This document shows positions 52,070 through 62,498 of a stretch of 64,000 bases of DNA, in pieces. The stretch's first letter is position 1. Every line of letters starts with the position of its first letter. The notes under the pieces were generated by a model. That model saw only the letters and a program-made list of their open reading frames with translations. It was not told where the DNA came from and made no database searches. The translations under genes were made by a program, and so were the position numbers. The stretch spans positions 12,806 to 76,805 of the forward strand of contig JAPLOM010000008.1 of assembly GCA_026400755.1 (NCBI GenBank), written 5' to 3'. Origin of the DNA: Alphaproteobacteria bacterium. GTDB lineage: Bacteria; Pseudomonadota; Alphaproteobacteria; CADEGL01.

Positions 52070-53380
52070 ATGACCATCACCGTGGCGATCGTGGGCTCGG
52101 GGCCGAGCGGATTCTACACCGCCGCGTCTTTGCTCGAGTCCGGCGCCGACATCCAGATCGATATCATTGAGCGTCTGCCGACGCCGTTCGGACTGATCCG
52201 CGGCGGTGTGGCACCCGACCATCAGACCACCAAGCGCGTGATGAAGTCCTACGAACGCACCGCGCTGGCCGCGTCCGTGCGCTATTACGGCAACGTCCTG
52301 GTCGGACGCGACGTGAGTCTGGACGAGCTGCGCGAGACCTACGATGCGGTCGTGCTGGCCGTGGGCGCACCCTTCGACCGGCCATTGGGCATCCCGGGCG
52401 AAGACAAGAAGGGCGTCTATGGCTCGGCCGCCTTCGTCGGCTGGTACAACGGCCATCCGGATTTCCGCGACCTGGAGCCCACCCTCGACACCACGGGCGT
52501 CGCCATCATCGGCAACGGCAACGTGGCCATCGACTGCGCGCGCGTGTTGGTGAAGACGCGCAAGGAGATGTCGACCTCGGACCTCTCCGATCATGCCGCG
52601 GAGGCGATCGAGAAATCGCCCATCACCGACGTCTATATGTTCGGCCGGCGCGGTCCGGTCGAAGCCAAGTTCACCAATGTCGAACTGCGCGAGATGGGCG
52701 AGCTGGAGGACTGCCATGCGGTGGTCGATCCGGCGCAACTGCCCGACACGGTCACGGGCGAGATGTCCGACCGCGACCGGCGCCTGCGCGAAAAGAATCT
52801 GGCGACGCTCAAGGAATTCGTCGCGATTCCGCCTGGCGCCCGCAAGAAGCGCGTCCACTTCGCCTTCTACGCCAAGCCAATCGAGATCCTGGGCGGCGCC
52901 AAGGTCGAGGGGCTGAAGCTGGAACGCACCACGGTCAAGGACGGCCGCGCGGTCGACACGGGCGAATTCTTCGAAGTGAAGTGCGGCTTGGTCATTGCCG
53001 CCATCGGCTATACGGGCGAGCCCTTGGAGGGTGCGCCGTTCGACGCCAAACAGGGCGTCGTGACGAACCAGGAAGGGCGCATCGAGCGCGGCCTTTATGC
53101 CGCGGGCTGGATCCGGCGCGGACCCACGGGCGTCATCGGCACCAACAAACCCGACGGCGACATGGTCGCCGAGCACATCGTCAAGGAGCTGGCGCCGGGC
53201 GGGAAGCCGGGCCGGGCGGCCTTCGAAGCGCTTCTTGCCAAGAAGGGCATCATGCCCGTCACCTATCCCGACTGGAAGATGATCGAGGCGGCCGAGACCG
53301 CCGCCGCCTCGCCGGGTGCCCCCCGGCGGAAGTTCGCCCGCGTCACCGAGATGTTGAGCCTCCTGGGCCGGCCCGGCTGA
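52070..53380 (+). CDS. fprA: NADPH:ferredoxin/adrenodoxin reductase (FprA-type)
   Basis: 436 aa. FAD motif [14 protein letters not shown] and NADPH motif [17 protein letters not shown]. AdR/FprA-like two-dinucleotide-fold architecture. Confidence 0.82.
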   Translation: MTITVAIVGSGPSGFYTAASLLESGADIQIDIIERLPTPFGLIRGGVAPDHQTTKRVMKSYERTALAASVRYYGNVLVGRDVSLDELRETYDAVVLAVGAPFDRPLGIPGEDKKGVYGSAAFVGWYNGHPDFRDLEPTLDTTGVAIIGNGNVAIDCARVLVKTRKEMSTSDLSDHAAEAIEKSPITDVYMFGRRGPVEAKFTNVELREMGELEDCHAVVDPAQLPDTVTGEMSDRDRRLREKNLATLKEFVAIPPGARKKRVHFAFYAKPIEILGGAKVEGLKLERTTVKDGRAVDTGEFFEVKCGLVIAAIGYTGEPLEGAPFDAKQGVVTNQEGRIERGLYAAGWIRRGPTGVIGTNKPDGDMVAEHIVKELAPGGKPGRAAFEALLAKKGIMPVTYPDWKMIEAAETAAASPGAPRRKFARVTEMLSLLGRPG

Positions 53381-53546
53381 GGGGAAAGACCCCAAAGATC
53401 CTAAGGAAGAGACCAGTGGACCCGCCGGGAGAGACGACCTAGTTTCTTAGGTCCGGCCGCATTTTAGGACGATGGCCGGCCTGGCGAGGCCACGGGCGTC
53501 ACGGCCCGCGATGAAGACGCGAAACAGAGCGACGGTACCCCCGATC

Positions 53547-55415
53547 ATGGCGACAGCGACCGCAGAAAAATTCACCTCTTCGCATCGCGAGAAACTGGAA
53601 TCCGTCGTCGTGCGGTTCGCGGGCGACTCGGGCGATGGCATGCAGCTGACCGGCAGCCAGTTCACCGATGCTACGGCCCTGGCCGGCAACGACCTGGCCA
53701 CCTTCCCCGACTTCCCGGCCGAGATCCGCGCGCCCACGGGCACGACCTATGGCGTCTCCGCCTTCCAGATCAATTTCGGCTCGCACACGATCGAGACGGC
53801 GGGCGACGATGTCGACGTTCTGGTGGCGATGAACCCGGCCGCGCTCAAGGTCAATCTGGGCGACGTGCGCCCGGGCGGCACGGTCATCGTCGATGTCGGC
53901 GAATTCAGCGCAAAGAACCTGCAGAAAGCGGGTTATGCGCAGAACCCGCTGGAAGACAGCTCGCTGTCCAAAGTGCGCCTGATCAAGATCGACATGTCCA
54001 GGCTGACGCTCGAGGCCGTGAAGCCCGCGGGCGTCTCGAATAAGGACGGTCTGCGCTGCAAGAACATGTGGTCGCTGGGCCTGGTCTATTGGATGTACGG
54101 CCGCGACCGCGGCGCCACCGTCGAGTGGCTGCAGAAAAAGTTCGGCAAGCGCCCCGAGATCGCCGCCGCCAACGTAGCCGCCGTGAACGCCGGCCACGCA
54201 TACGGCGAGACGGCCGAGATGCAGGACCTGGTGCCGGCCTATGTCGTGCCGCCGGCCGTCATCGAGCCGGGCCTCTACCGCAACGTCACGGGCACCGAAG
54301 CGCTGGCCTGGGGCCTGATCGCGGGCACGGAACGCGCGAACCTCAAGATGTCGTTCTGCTCCTACCCGATCACGCCGGCCTCCGCACTCCTTCATGTGCT
54401 GGCCAACCTGAAGCAGTTCGACATCACGACCTTCCAGGCCGAGGACGAGATCGCCGCCATCTGCGCGGCCATCGGCGCCTCATACGCTGGCGCGCTCGGC
54501 ATCACCTCTAGCTCCGGTCCGGGCGTCGCGCTGAAGACCGAGGCCATGGGCCTGGCCATCGCGACCGAGCTGCCGCTGGTGATCGTGAATTCCCAGCGCG
54601 CCGGCCCCTCGACCGGCCTGCCGACCAAGACCGAGCAGTCGGACCTGTATCAGGCCGTCTTCGGCCGCAACGCGGACAGCCCGCTGGCCGTGCTGGCCAC
54701 CCGCTCGCCGGGCGATTGCTTCGAGACGGCGATCGAGGCCGTGCGCATCGCCGTCAAGTACATGACGCCGGTGATCCTGTTGACCGATGGCTATCTGGCC
54801 AATGCGTCGGAGCCATGGCGCGTTCCGGACTTGGACGCAATCAAGCCGTTCCCGGTTTCCTTCCGCAAGGACCCGGAAGGGTTCCATCCCTTCCTGCGCG
54901 ATGACCAGACGCTGGCGCGCGTGTGGGCCGTGCCGGGCACGCCGGGGCTCGAGCATCGCATCGGCGGCATCGAGCGCGACTACAACTCGGGACACATCTC
55001 CTACGATCCGGCCAACCACCAGCGCATGACCGACGTGCGCGCGAACAAGATCCTCAACATCGCGAACGACATTCCGCTGCAGGCGGTCGAGCAGGGTCCA
55101 GACAGCGGCAAGGTCGCGATCGTGGGCTGGGGCTCAACCTACGGGCCCATCAACCGCGCCGTGGCCAACTTCCTGGCCCAGGGCAAGTCGGTCAGCCATA
55201 TCCATCTGCGCCACATCTGGCCGCTGCCCAAGAATCTGGGCGTGCTGCTGCGCCGCTTCGAAAAGGTGATCGTGCCCGAGATGAACAAAGGCCAGCTCGT
55301 CACGCTTCTGCGCGCCGAGTACCTGGTGCCGGCCGAGGGCGTGAACAAGGTGAACGGCAAGCCTTTCAAGATCGGCGAGATCGAAGACGCGATCCGCGCT
55401 CGACTGGAGACCTGA
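53547..55415 (+). CDS. korA: 2-oxoglutarate:ferredoxin oxidoreductase alpha subunit
   Basis: VVIRFAGDSGDGMQLTG is the KorA N-terminal signature. Fused gamma/alpha-type domains. Start taken at MATATAEKF (ATG 53547); an alternative Met is at 53511. Confidence 0.88.
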   Translation: MATATAEKFTSSHREKLESVVVRFAGDSGDGMQLTGSQFTDATALAGNDLATFPDFPAEIRAPTGTTYGVSAFQINFGSHTIETAGDDVDVLVAMNPAALKVNLGDVRPGGTVIVDVGEFSAKNLQKAGYAQNPLEDSSLSKVRLIKIDMSRLTLEAVKPAGVSNKDGLRCKNMWSLGLVYWMYGRDRGATVEWLQKKFGKRPEIAAANVAAVNAGHAYGETAEMQDLVPAYVVPPAVIEPGLYRNVTGTEALAWGLIAGTERANLKMSFCSYPITPASALLHVLANLKQFDITTFQAEDEIAAICAAIGASYAGALGITSSSGPGVALKTEAMGLAIATELPLVIVNSQRAGPSTGLPTKTEQSDLYQAVFGRNADSPLAVLATRSPGDCFETAIEAVRIAVKYMTPVILLTDGYLANASEPWRVPDLDAIKPFPVSFRKDPEGFHPFLRDDQTLARVWAVPGTPGLEHRIGGIERDYNSGHISYDPANHQRMTDVRANKILNIANDIPLQAVEQGPDSGKVAIVGWGSTYGPINRAVANFLAQGKSVSHIHLRHIWPLPKNLGVLLRRFEKVIVPEMNKGQLVTLLRAEYLVPAEGVNKVNGKPFKIGEIEDAIRARLET

Positions 55416-55416
55416 C

Positions 55417-56445
55417 ATGAACGTCGCGACCCCGCCAGAGAAGCTCAAGCCCGAAGATTTCGAATCCGACCAGGAACTGCGCTGGTGCCCGGGCTGCGGC
55501 GACTACGCGATCATCAAGTCGGTGCGCAAGGCGCTGGCCGACATCGGCACGCCCAAGGAGAAGACGGTGTTCGTCTCCGGCATCGGCTGTGCCGCGCGCT
55601 TTCCCTATTACATCTCGACCTACGGCTTCCACACGATCCACGGCCGCTCGCCCGCGGTCGCCACGGGCGTCAAGCTGACGAATCCGGAGCTGGATGTCTG
55701 GGTCGTGGGCGGCGACGGCGACATGCTGTCGATCGGCGGCAACCACTTGCTGCACGCGCTGCGCCGCAACGTCGACCTCAACATCCTTCTCTTCAACAAC
55801 GAGATCTACGGCCTGACCAAGGGCCAGTACTCGCCCACCTCCCGCGTCGGCACGCGCTCGCCCTCGACCCCCTTGGGTTCGGTGGATACGCCGGTTTCGG
55901 CCGCGCGTTTCGCGCTGGGCGCCGGCGCACGCTTCGTCGCGCGCGGCATCGACACGCAGCAGAAGGTCTTGCCCGAGACGCTCAAGCGCGCCCACGCGCA
56001 CAAGGGCGCGTCCTTCGTCGAGATCTTCCAGAATTGCATCGTCTACAACGACGGCGTCTTCGACCATTTCACGGCCAAGCCCGTGGCGGCCGACATGCAG
56101 ATCTTCGTGGAGCACGGCAAGCCGCTGTTGTTCGGCAAGGACGGCAAACGCGGCCTGCGCCTCAAGCCCGGCGCGCTGGAAATGGAAATGGTCACGATCG
56201 GCGAGAACGGCGTCACCGAAGCCGACATCTTGGTCCATGACGAGCGCAGCCTGACTCTGGCCAACTGGCTGGCGGCCATGGAGGCCCCCTTCCCCGTCGC
56301 CATCGGCGTGATCTATTGCAGCCCCACGCCGCAATCCTTCGACGCCGCGGTACATGCCCAGGCCGCCGCCGTGCGCGAGAAGACGCCCAAGGGCGATCTG
56401 AAGGCGCTGCTGCGCCGTGGCCATACCTGGCAGGTCGACGCGTAA
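55417..56445 (+). CDS. korB: 2-oxoglutarate:ferredoxin oxidoreductase beta subunit
   Basis: 342 aa. ThDP-binding WCPGCGDY and GDGD...NN motifs. Starts 1 nt after the korA stop. Confidence 0.9.
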   Translation: MNVATPPEKLKPEDFESDQELRWCPGCGDYAIIKSVRKALADIGTPKEKTVFVSGIGCAARFPYYISTYGFHTIHGRSPAVATGVKLTNPELDVWVVGGDGDMLSIGGNHLLHALRRNVDLNILLFNNEIYGLTKGQYSPTSRVGTRSPSTPLGSVDTPVSAARFALGAGARFVARGIDTQQKVLPETLKRAHAHKGASFVEIFQNCIVYNDGVFDHFTAKPVAADMQIFVEHGKPLLFGKDGKRGLRLKPGALEMEMVTIGENGVTEADILVHDERSLTLANWLAAMEAPFPVAIGVIYCSPTPQSFDAAVHAQAAAVREKTPKGDLKALLRRGHTWQVDA

Positions 56446-56470
56446 CGACACCCGTTCGCGGGTCAAGGAA

Positions 56471-56494
56471 AAGGCGCCGAGAGGCGCCTTTTTC
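56471..56494 (+). terminator. rho-independent terminator after korB
   Basis: aaggcgcc-gaga-ggcgcc followed by ttttt. Confidence 0.75.
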
Positions 56495-56564
56495 ATGCCG
56501 GCACGAAAGGCTTTCGCGCGGCCCCGAAGCTCCATAACCTCGTCGCCGCAACGGGGGAGTTTCC

Positions 56565-58871
56565 ATGAGCGATACGCTGCCCAGCCACGCCCAGGCCGTC
56601 ATCGTGGGCGGCGGCATCGCTGGCGCGAACCTGGCCTATCACCTGGCCAAGCGCGGCTGGCGCGACGTCGTGATCCTGGAGCGCCAGCAGCTTTCCAGCG
56701 GCACCACCTGGCATTCGGCCGGCAACGTGACGCGCCTCGTCACCGGCCTCAACACCATGCGGCACCACGCCTATGCCGGCGATCTGTACAGCCGGCTGGA
56801 AGCCGAGACGGGCCAGCATGTGGGCTGGCGCGAATGCGGCCGCGTCATCCTGGCGCGCACCGAGGCGCGCGTGGCCGAGTTGCACCGCCTGAAGACCACG
56901 GGCCGGGCGCTCGGCATCGACATGCACATCATCTCGCCGCGCGAGGTTGAGGAGAAAGTTCCCGTCATACAGGCCAAGGACGCGATCGGCGCCATCTGGT
57001 GCCCGAGCGACGGGCGGGTCAACGCGACCGACCTCCTGGCCGCGCTGATCAAGAGCGCCAGGCAGGGCGGCCTGCGCGTGTTCGAGAACACGGGCGTCAC
57101 CGGCTTTCGCACCAAGGGCGGACGCGTCACGGGCGTCGTCACGGACAAGGGCGAGATCGCGACCGAAGTGGTCATCAACTGCGCCGGTCTATGGGGCCGG
57201 CAAATCGGCGCCATGGCGGGCGTGACCGTGCCGCTCTACGCCGTCGAACATTTCTATCTTCTGACCAAGCCCATTCCCGGCGTGAAGCCGGACATGCCGA
57301 CCTTCCGCGATCCCGACGGGCTGATCTATGGCCGCGAGGACGTGGGCGGACTTCTTGCCGGCTGTTTCGACAAGAACGCCAAGGCCCTGCCGTTGGAACG
57401 CATCCCGACCGACTTCTCCTTCAGCCTGTTGAACGAGGATTGGGACCAGTTCGAGCCCTATATGGAAACGGCGATCAAGCGCATCCCGGCGCTGGAGACG
57501 GCCGAGGTGCGCATGCTGCTGAACGGGCCCGAGAGCTTCACACCCGACGGCAATCCGATCGTGGGCGAGGCGCCGGGCTTGCGCGGTTATTTCGTCATGG
57601 CGGGTATGAACTCGGCGGGCGTCACCTCGACCGCCAGCATCGGCCGCGCGTTGGCCGATTGGATCGTCGAAGGACACCCTTGCGAGGACCTGAGCGACCT
57701 CGATCTGCGCCGCTTCGGCGATTTCCACGGCGGCGAAGCCTTCCTCAAGACGCGCGTGTCGGAAATCCCGAGCTTCCATTTCTTCATCCACGACGCCGGC
57801 CACGACTTCCAGAACGGGCGCGACATGCGCCTGAGCCCCCTGCACGGCCGCCTGGCCGCACGGGGCGCGCATTCCAGTTCCGCCTTTGGCTGGGAACGGC
57901 CAACCTGGTTCGGCGAGAACGGCAAGACCCATGCGGAGGCAACGGCCACCGAATGCCATGCCGCGGCCAATGGCGTGGCGCTGTTCGATCGCACCAGCCT
58001 GGGCAAGGCGCTGGTGCAAGGGCCGGATGCTGGCGCGCTGCTGCAAAGCTTGTGCGCCAACGACGTGTCGCTTGCGCCCGGCGAAGCGCGGGCGACCGCG
58101 TTCCTCGACGCGCGCGGCCATGTCGCGGCGCTGCCCGTGATCGTTCGGCTCGACGGCGATTCGTGGCTGGTCTTGAGCGCGGCCGAACAAACCACGCGCG
58201 ACCGCGATTGGATCGCGCGCCACGCGCCCGCCACGGCGCGCGTGGCGGTGAGCGACGCCAGCGCGGCCTGGGGCGCCCTGGGTCTGCGTGGACCGGCCGC
58301 GGGCAAGCTGTTGGCTTCGCTTGGCGGCGAGCCGCGTAACTCCGGTCCCGTCGAGCTCGGCTATGCGCCCGTGCGCGCCGTGAAGGACGCGTTCGGCGAC
58401 GACTGGTTGCTGCTGACCCCAACCGAATTCGCAGCGGGGCTCTACGATTCGATCGTGGCCGCCGACCTTGCGCCTGTCCTGGCCGGCTCCTTGGCCAGCG
58501 AAGCGCTGCGCCTGGCCGATGGCAGACCCGCCTGGGGCCTGGACGTGACCGACCAGACTCATGCGCTGTCGGCATCGCTCGGCGATCTGGTCGATGCGAA
58601 GAAACGCGAGACGTTCCTGGGCAGCAGCGCGCTGGTCGTGGCGAAGCCGCCGGCCACCATCCGCCGCACGTTCACCGTCGCGGGCGACGGCGCGCGGCCG
58701 CAAGCCGCTGCGCCGATCCTTTTGCGCAACAAGGTGATCGGCACCGTGACCTCGGCGGCCTGGGCGCCCCATCTCGACCGGATGCTGGTGATGGCCCAGG
58801 TGCCGGCCCGCGCGGGCGCGGGCCTGGTGGTCGACGCCGAAGGCCAAGAGCGCGCGCTCGAGCCGCGATGA
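56565..58871 (+). CDS. FAD-dependent oxidoreductase fused to GcvT-like aminomethyltransferase domain (dimethylglycine/sarcosine dehydrogenase family)
   Basis: 768 aa. DAO-type FAD motif VIVGGGIAGANLAY. C-terminal folate-binding GcvT-like half. Confidence 0.8.
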   Translation: MSDTLPSHAQAVIVGGGIAGANLAYHLAKRGWRDVVILERQQLSSGTTWHSAGNVTRLVTGLNTMRHHAYAGDLYSRLEAETGQHVGWRECGRVILARTEARVAELHRLKTTGRALGIDMHIISPREVEEKVPVIQAKDAIGAIWCPSDGRVNATDLLAALIKSARQGGLRVFENTGVTGFRTKGGRVTGVVTDKGEIATEVVINCAGLWGRQIGAMAGVTVPLYAVEHFYLLTKPIPGVKPDMPTFRDPDGLIYGREDVGGLLAGCFDKNAKALPLERIPTDFSFSLLNEDWDQFEPYMETAIKRIPALETAEVRMLLNGPESFTPDGNPIVGEAPGLRGYFVMAGMNSAGVTSTASIGRALADWIVEGHPCEDLSDLDLRRFGDFHGGEAFLKTRVSEIPSFHFFIHDAGHDFQNGRDMRLSPLHGRLAARGAHSSSAFGWERPTWFGENGKTHAEATATECHAAANGVALFDRTSLGKALVQGPDAGALLQSLCANDVSLAPGEARATAFLDARGHVAALPVIVRLDGDSWLVLSAAEQTTRDRDWIARHAPATARVAVSDASAAWGALGLRGPAAGKLLASLGGEPRNSGPVELGYAPVRAVKDAFGDDWLLLTPTEFAAGLYDSIVAADLAPVLAGSLASEALRLADGRPAWGLDVTDQTHALSASLGDLVDAKKRETFLGSSALVVAKPPATIRRTFTVAGDGARPQAAAPILLRNKVIGTVTSAAWAPHLDRMLVMAQVPARAGAGLVVDAEGQERALEPR

Positions 58872-59764
58872 CAGCGAGCCAAGCCACGGCCGCGGACCTG
58901 CGTCCCTCGACGCCCTTGTGGGCAGCGGGCTTCGTTCTGTTGGCCGGGTTCCTGTGGAGCCTGCAGGGCCTGACCATCCGCCTGTTGGAGGTGGCGACCA
59001 GCGAGCAGATCATCTTCTGGCGCAACCTGTCGCAATGCGGCGCGCTGGTCGTGTTCATCGCCATCCGCAACAAGGGCGACGTGGTGGGCGCGATCCGGCG
59101 CGCGGGCAGGCTCGGCGTCCTGGGCGGCACGTTCCAGACCGTCTCCAGCGTGACCGTCGTGTTCGCCTTCGCCTACACGACGGTCGCCAACGTCAACTTC
59201 ATCCTCTCGACCTCGCCCTTCATGGCGGGCTTCCTGGCCTGGGTGTTCCTGCGCGAGCGCCTGGCCAAGCGCACCATCATCGCCATGGCGGTGGCGCTGG
59301 CCGGCGTCGGCATCATGATGCTGGACGGGCTGACGGGCGGACATCTGATCGGCAACGGGCTCGTGGTCATCACGACGCTGTGCTTCTCGGCGCTCGCCGT
59401 CATCCTGCGCACCAACCGCCATGTCGACATGCTGCCCACCATCTTCTGGGGCGCGGGCTTCGGCACCATCGCGGGGTTCATTCTTTCGGGCGCCGACATC
59501 GACCTGCCGATGCATGACATCCTGTTGTGCGTGGTGATGGGCGCCATCCAGATCGGCCTGGGCCAGGCGCTGTTCATCCTGGCCTCGCGCCACGTGCCCG
59601 CCGCCCTGCTCGCATTTCTCTCCCTGTCCGAGATCGTGCTGGGGCCAATCTGGGCGTGGCTGGGCGTCAACGAAGTGCCGAGCGAGCTGACCCTCGTCGG
59701 CGGCGGCGTGGTGATCGCGGCCCTGGTCTGGCAGGCTTGGATGGGCGCGCGGCGAATGCGCTGA
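58868..59764 (+). CDS. DMT-superfamily (EamA-like) transporter
   Basis: 298 aa, 10 TM helices. ATGA overlap with the DMGDH-like gene. Confidence 0.78.
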   Translation: MTASQATAADLRPSTPLWAAGFVLLAGFLWSLQGLTIRLLEVATSEQIIFWRNLSQCGALVVFIAIRNKGDVVGAIRRAGRLGVLGGTFQTVSSVTVVFAFAYTTVANVNFILSTSPFMAGFLAWVFLRERLAKRTIIAMAVALAGVGIMMLDGLTGGHLIGNGLVVITTLCFSALAVILRTNRHVDMLPTIFWGAGFGTIAGFILSGADIDLPMHDILLCVVMGAIQIGLGQALFILASRHVPAALLAFLSLSEIVLGPIWAWLGVNEVPSELTLVGGGVVIAALVWQAWMGARRMR

Positions 59765-59774
59765 GGAGGCACCG

Positions 59775-60245
59775 ATGATCGACTTCCGCACCGACACAGC
59801 GGCCACCCATATCGGCAAGGAGCTGTTCGTCTCCGACTGGACACCGATCACACAGAAGCAGGTGACCGGCTTCGCCGAGGCCACGCTGGATCTCGATTGG
59901 ATGCATGTCGACGTCGAGCGCTCGAAGCGCGAAAGCCCCTATCAGGGCACGATCGTCCAGGGCTTCCTGATGCAGTCGCTGGTGATTTATTTCAACCACA
60001 AGGCCGGCCTCGTGCCGACGGACACGGAATACGGCCTCAACTACGGCATGGAGAAGGTACGCTTCCTCCTGCCCGTGCCGACGGGCTCGCGCGTGCGCGA
60101 CCGCATCGTCTTGACCGATTTCCATGAACGCTCGCCCGGCCGCTTCATGCAGCGCTCGACCCACACGCTGGAGCTGGAAGGGCACGACAAGCCCGCCATG
60201 GTGGCCGACTGGCTGGTGCTCTGGTTCCAGACGCTGAACGCGTAA
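59775..60245 (+). CDS. MaoC-like (hot-dog fold) dehydratase
   Basis: 156 aa. The GTIVQGFLMQSLV region is typical of MaoC/R-hydratase hot-dog proteins. Confidence 0.72.
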   Translation: MIDFRTDTAATHIGKELFVSDWTPITQKQVTGFAEATLDLDWMHVDVERSKRESPYQGTIVQGFLMQSLVIYFNHKAGLVPTDTEYGLNYGMEKVRFLLPVPTGSRVRDRIVLTDFHERSPGRFMQRSTHTLELEGHDKPAMVADWLVLWFQTLNA

Positions 60246-60248
60246 CGC

Positions 60249-61139
60249 CTAAGCGCTTTTGCGCGCGGCGTTCGCCGTCACGGCGGAGAGGTGGTTGAGA
60301 CGCAAGGTCAGGCAGAAGGCCGCCCCGCCCGCCATGCGGAACGCCTCCAGCGGTACCACCATGGCTTCATAGCCGCGCTCGGCCAGACGCGCGCGCAGAT
60401 CGTCGCCGCAAGCGCTCATGATCACCTTGTTACCGATGGCGACCGCGTTGGCGGCGAAGCCTGCGGCGTCCTCGGTACCCACTTCGATCAGCTTGTCGCG
60501 GCCCGCCTCCTCGCGCAGGCGGCCATAGGAAGCCGCGCTCAAGGCCGGCGAATGGCACAGGATCTCGCCGCCCGGCAGCGGGCAGAGGCAGACATCCATG
60601 TGATAGAAGCGCTGGCTGACCAACTCCAGCGGCACCACGGGCACGCCGAAGAACTCCGCCGTGTGCGCCGCGGCCGACAGCGACGAGCGTGGGCCATGCC
60701 CGGCCCAGAACAGGCCGCGCGAGACGTCCCAGATGCAGTCGCCCGCACCTTCCTGGGTCATGCCCTGGGGCAGCATCTCGGCATGGTCGAGCAAGCCGCG
60801 CGCGACGAGGCCGCGGAAATACGCCAGGAAATGCGCCTCCTCGCCCTGGCGCTCGGGCCAGCGGAAGCGCGCGACCAGCGCCTTGCGGTCGAGTACCACG
60901 GCCGCATTCGCCGTGAACACCATGTCCGGCAGGCCGGGCTCGGGCTTTACCAGGTCGATCTCGGCGCCGGCCGCGGCAAGCGCGTTCTTGAAGCCCTGCC
61001 ATTCGGCGCGCGCTTGGACCTTGAGCGCCTCGGCGCCCTGGCCCCAGCGGCCCGGGTCCATCCACGGGTTGATCGCATAGATCACCGCGAAATGATCGGG
61101 CGGGCACAAGGCGAGGCGAGGGGCGGTTGTCTTGGTCAC
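60249..61139 (-). CDS. amidinotransferase/DDAH-superfamily hydrolase (CtlX-like citrulline-utilisation hydrolase or dimethylarginine dimethylaminohydrolase)
   Basis: About 296 aa, from GTG 61139-61137 (VTKTTAPRLALCPPDHF). GTGA overlap with the rocD stop. C-terminal catalytic Cys context (AFCLTL). The longer track ORF (to 61376) would overlap rocD by 240 nt and is rejected. Confidence 0.6.
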   Translation of the reverse strand: MTKTTAPRLALCPPDHFAVIYAINPWMDPGRWGQGAEALKVQARAEWQGFKNALAAAGAEIDLVKPEPGLPDMVFTANAAVVLDRKALVARFRWPERQGEEAHFLAYFRGLVARGLLDHAEMLPQGMTQEGAGDCIWDVSRGLFWAGHGPRSSLSAAAHTAEFFGVPVVPLELVSQRFYHMDVCLCPLPGGEILCHSPALSAASYGRLREEAGRDKLIEVGTEDAAGFAANAVAIGNKVIMSACGDDLRARLAERGYEAMVVPLEAFRMAGGAAFCLTLRLNHLSAVTANAARKSA

Positions 61140-62383
61140 GTGCGGGTCTCCATCACGGCGGGGTCGACGCGCGCGGGGCGGCTTGCGCCGATCTCGCGCA
61201 GGGTTTCGGCGAAGCGATCCACGGCCCAGTCGATCTCCGCGCGCGTGACCACGAAGGGCGGCGCGAAGCGAACGACGGTGTCGTGGGTCTCCTTGGACAG
61301 AACGCTCTTGGTCATCAACAGTTCGCAGACTTGGCGCGCCGAGGCGAAGGACGGCTCGATCTCGACGCCAACCCACAGGCCGCGCCCGCGCACCGAACGG
61401 ACGCCCGGTGCGTCGACCGCGCGCAGCCGCTCGATCAGATAGGCGCCCAACTCCGCGCTGCGTTCGACCAGCTTCTCGTCCTCAAGCACCTTCAGCGCCT
61501 CCAAGGCGACCGCGGCGGCGAGCGGATTGCCGCCGAAGGTCGAGCCGTGGCTGCCGGGTTCGAACAATTCCATCACGTCCCGGCGCGCGAGGAAGGCGGA
61601 GACCGGCAGCAAGCCGCCGCCCAGCGCCTTGCCCACGATCAGCCCATCGGGGCGGACGCCCTCGTGCTCGAAGGCGAACATCTTGCCCGTGCGTCCCAGG
61701 CCCGACTGAATCTCGTCGAGGATAAGCAAAACATTATGACGGTCGCATGCGCGGCGCAGCGCGCGCAGCCAACCCTCGGGCGGCACCACCACGCCGGCCT
61801 CGCCCTGGATCGGCTCGACCAGCACGGCGCAGGTGTTGGGCCCAAGCGCCTTCTCGAACGCGACCGCGTCGCCGAACGGCGCCTCGCGGAAACCCGGCGT
61901 GAAGGGGCCGAAATCGGCCCGGTAATCGGCGTCGGACGAGAAGCCCACGATGGTCGTGGTGCGGCCGTGAAAATTACCGCTGGCGACCACGATCTCGGCA
62001 CGGCCGGGTGCTATGCCCTTGACGCGGTAGCCCCAGCGCCGCGCGGCCTTGATCGCCGTCTCGACGGCCTCGGCGCCCGTGTTCATGGGTAGAGCCATGT
62101 CCATGCCGGAGACCTGACACAGTTTCTCGAGGAACGGGCCCAGGAGACCCGTGCGGAAGGCGCGCGAGGTCATGGCCAGACGCGACGCCTGCTCGGTCAA
62201 GACGCGCACAAGGCGCGGATGGGCATGGCCGTGGCTGACCGCCGAATAGGCGCTCATCATGTCGAGATAGCGTTTGCCATCCTCGTCCACGAGCCAGGCG
62301 CCGCGCCCTTCCGCAAGCGTGACCGGCAGCGGTGCATAATTGCGCGCGCAGTATTGGGCTTCGAGATCGCGATTGTCGGTCAT
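61136..62383 (-). CDS. rocD: ornithine--oxo-acid aminotransferase (class III PLP aminotransferase)
   Basis: 415 aa. YCARNYAPLPV N-terminus. PLP-Lys context (TGKMFAFEHEGVRPDGLIVGKALGGG). RBS GGAAGGGAGAAG. Confidence 0.88.
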   Translation of the reverse strand: MTDNRDLEAQYCARNYAPLPVTLAEGRGAWLVDEDGKRYLDMMSAYSAVSHGHAHPRLVRVLTEQASRLAMTSRAFRTGLLGPFLEKLCQVSGMDMALPMNTGAEAVETAIKAARRWGYRVKGIAPGRAEIVVASGNFHGRTTTIVGFSSDADYRADFGPFTPGFREAPFGDAVAFEKALGPNTCAVLVEPIQGEAGVVVPPEGWLRALRRACDRHNVLLILDEIQSGLGRTGKMFAFEHEGVRPDGLIVGKALGGGLLPVSAFLARRDVMELFEPGSHGSTFGGNPLAAAVALEALKVLEDEKLVERSAELGAYLIERLRAVDAPGVRSVRGRGLWVGVEIEPSFASARQVCELLMTKSVLSKETHDTVVRFAPPFVVTRAEIDWAVDRFAETLREIGASRPARVDPAVMETRT

Positions 62384-62498
62384 GGTACTTCTCCCTTCCT
62401 CTTAAAATGGGAAGAAAGTAGCCGCTTTTGGTGCCGATTTGGCGCGGCAGGGCAGGCAAATGTGCGGCAGCGCACAAGCGCCACCGCACAAGATGCCG

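Noticed and set aside
51926-53395. 5' extension of the 890-aa minus-strand ORF upstream of pgk
   Set aside because: Only the last 400 codons are Pgk ([10 protein letters not shown]...). The extension is antisense to a well-supported fprA gene and is Arg/Gly-rich.
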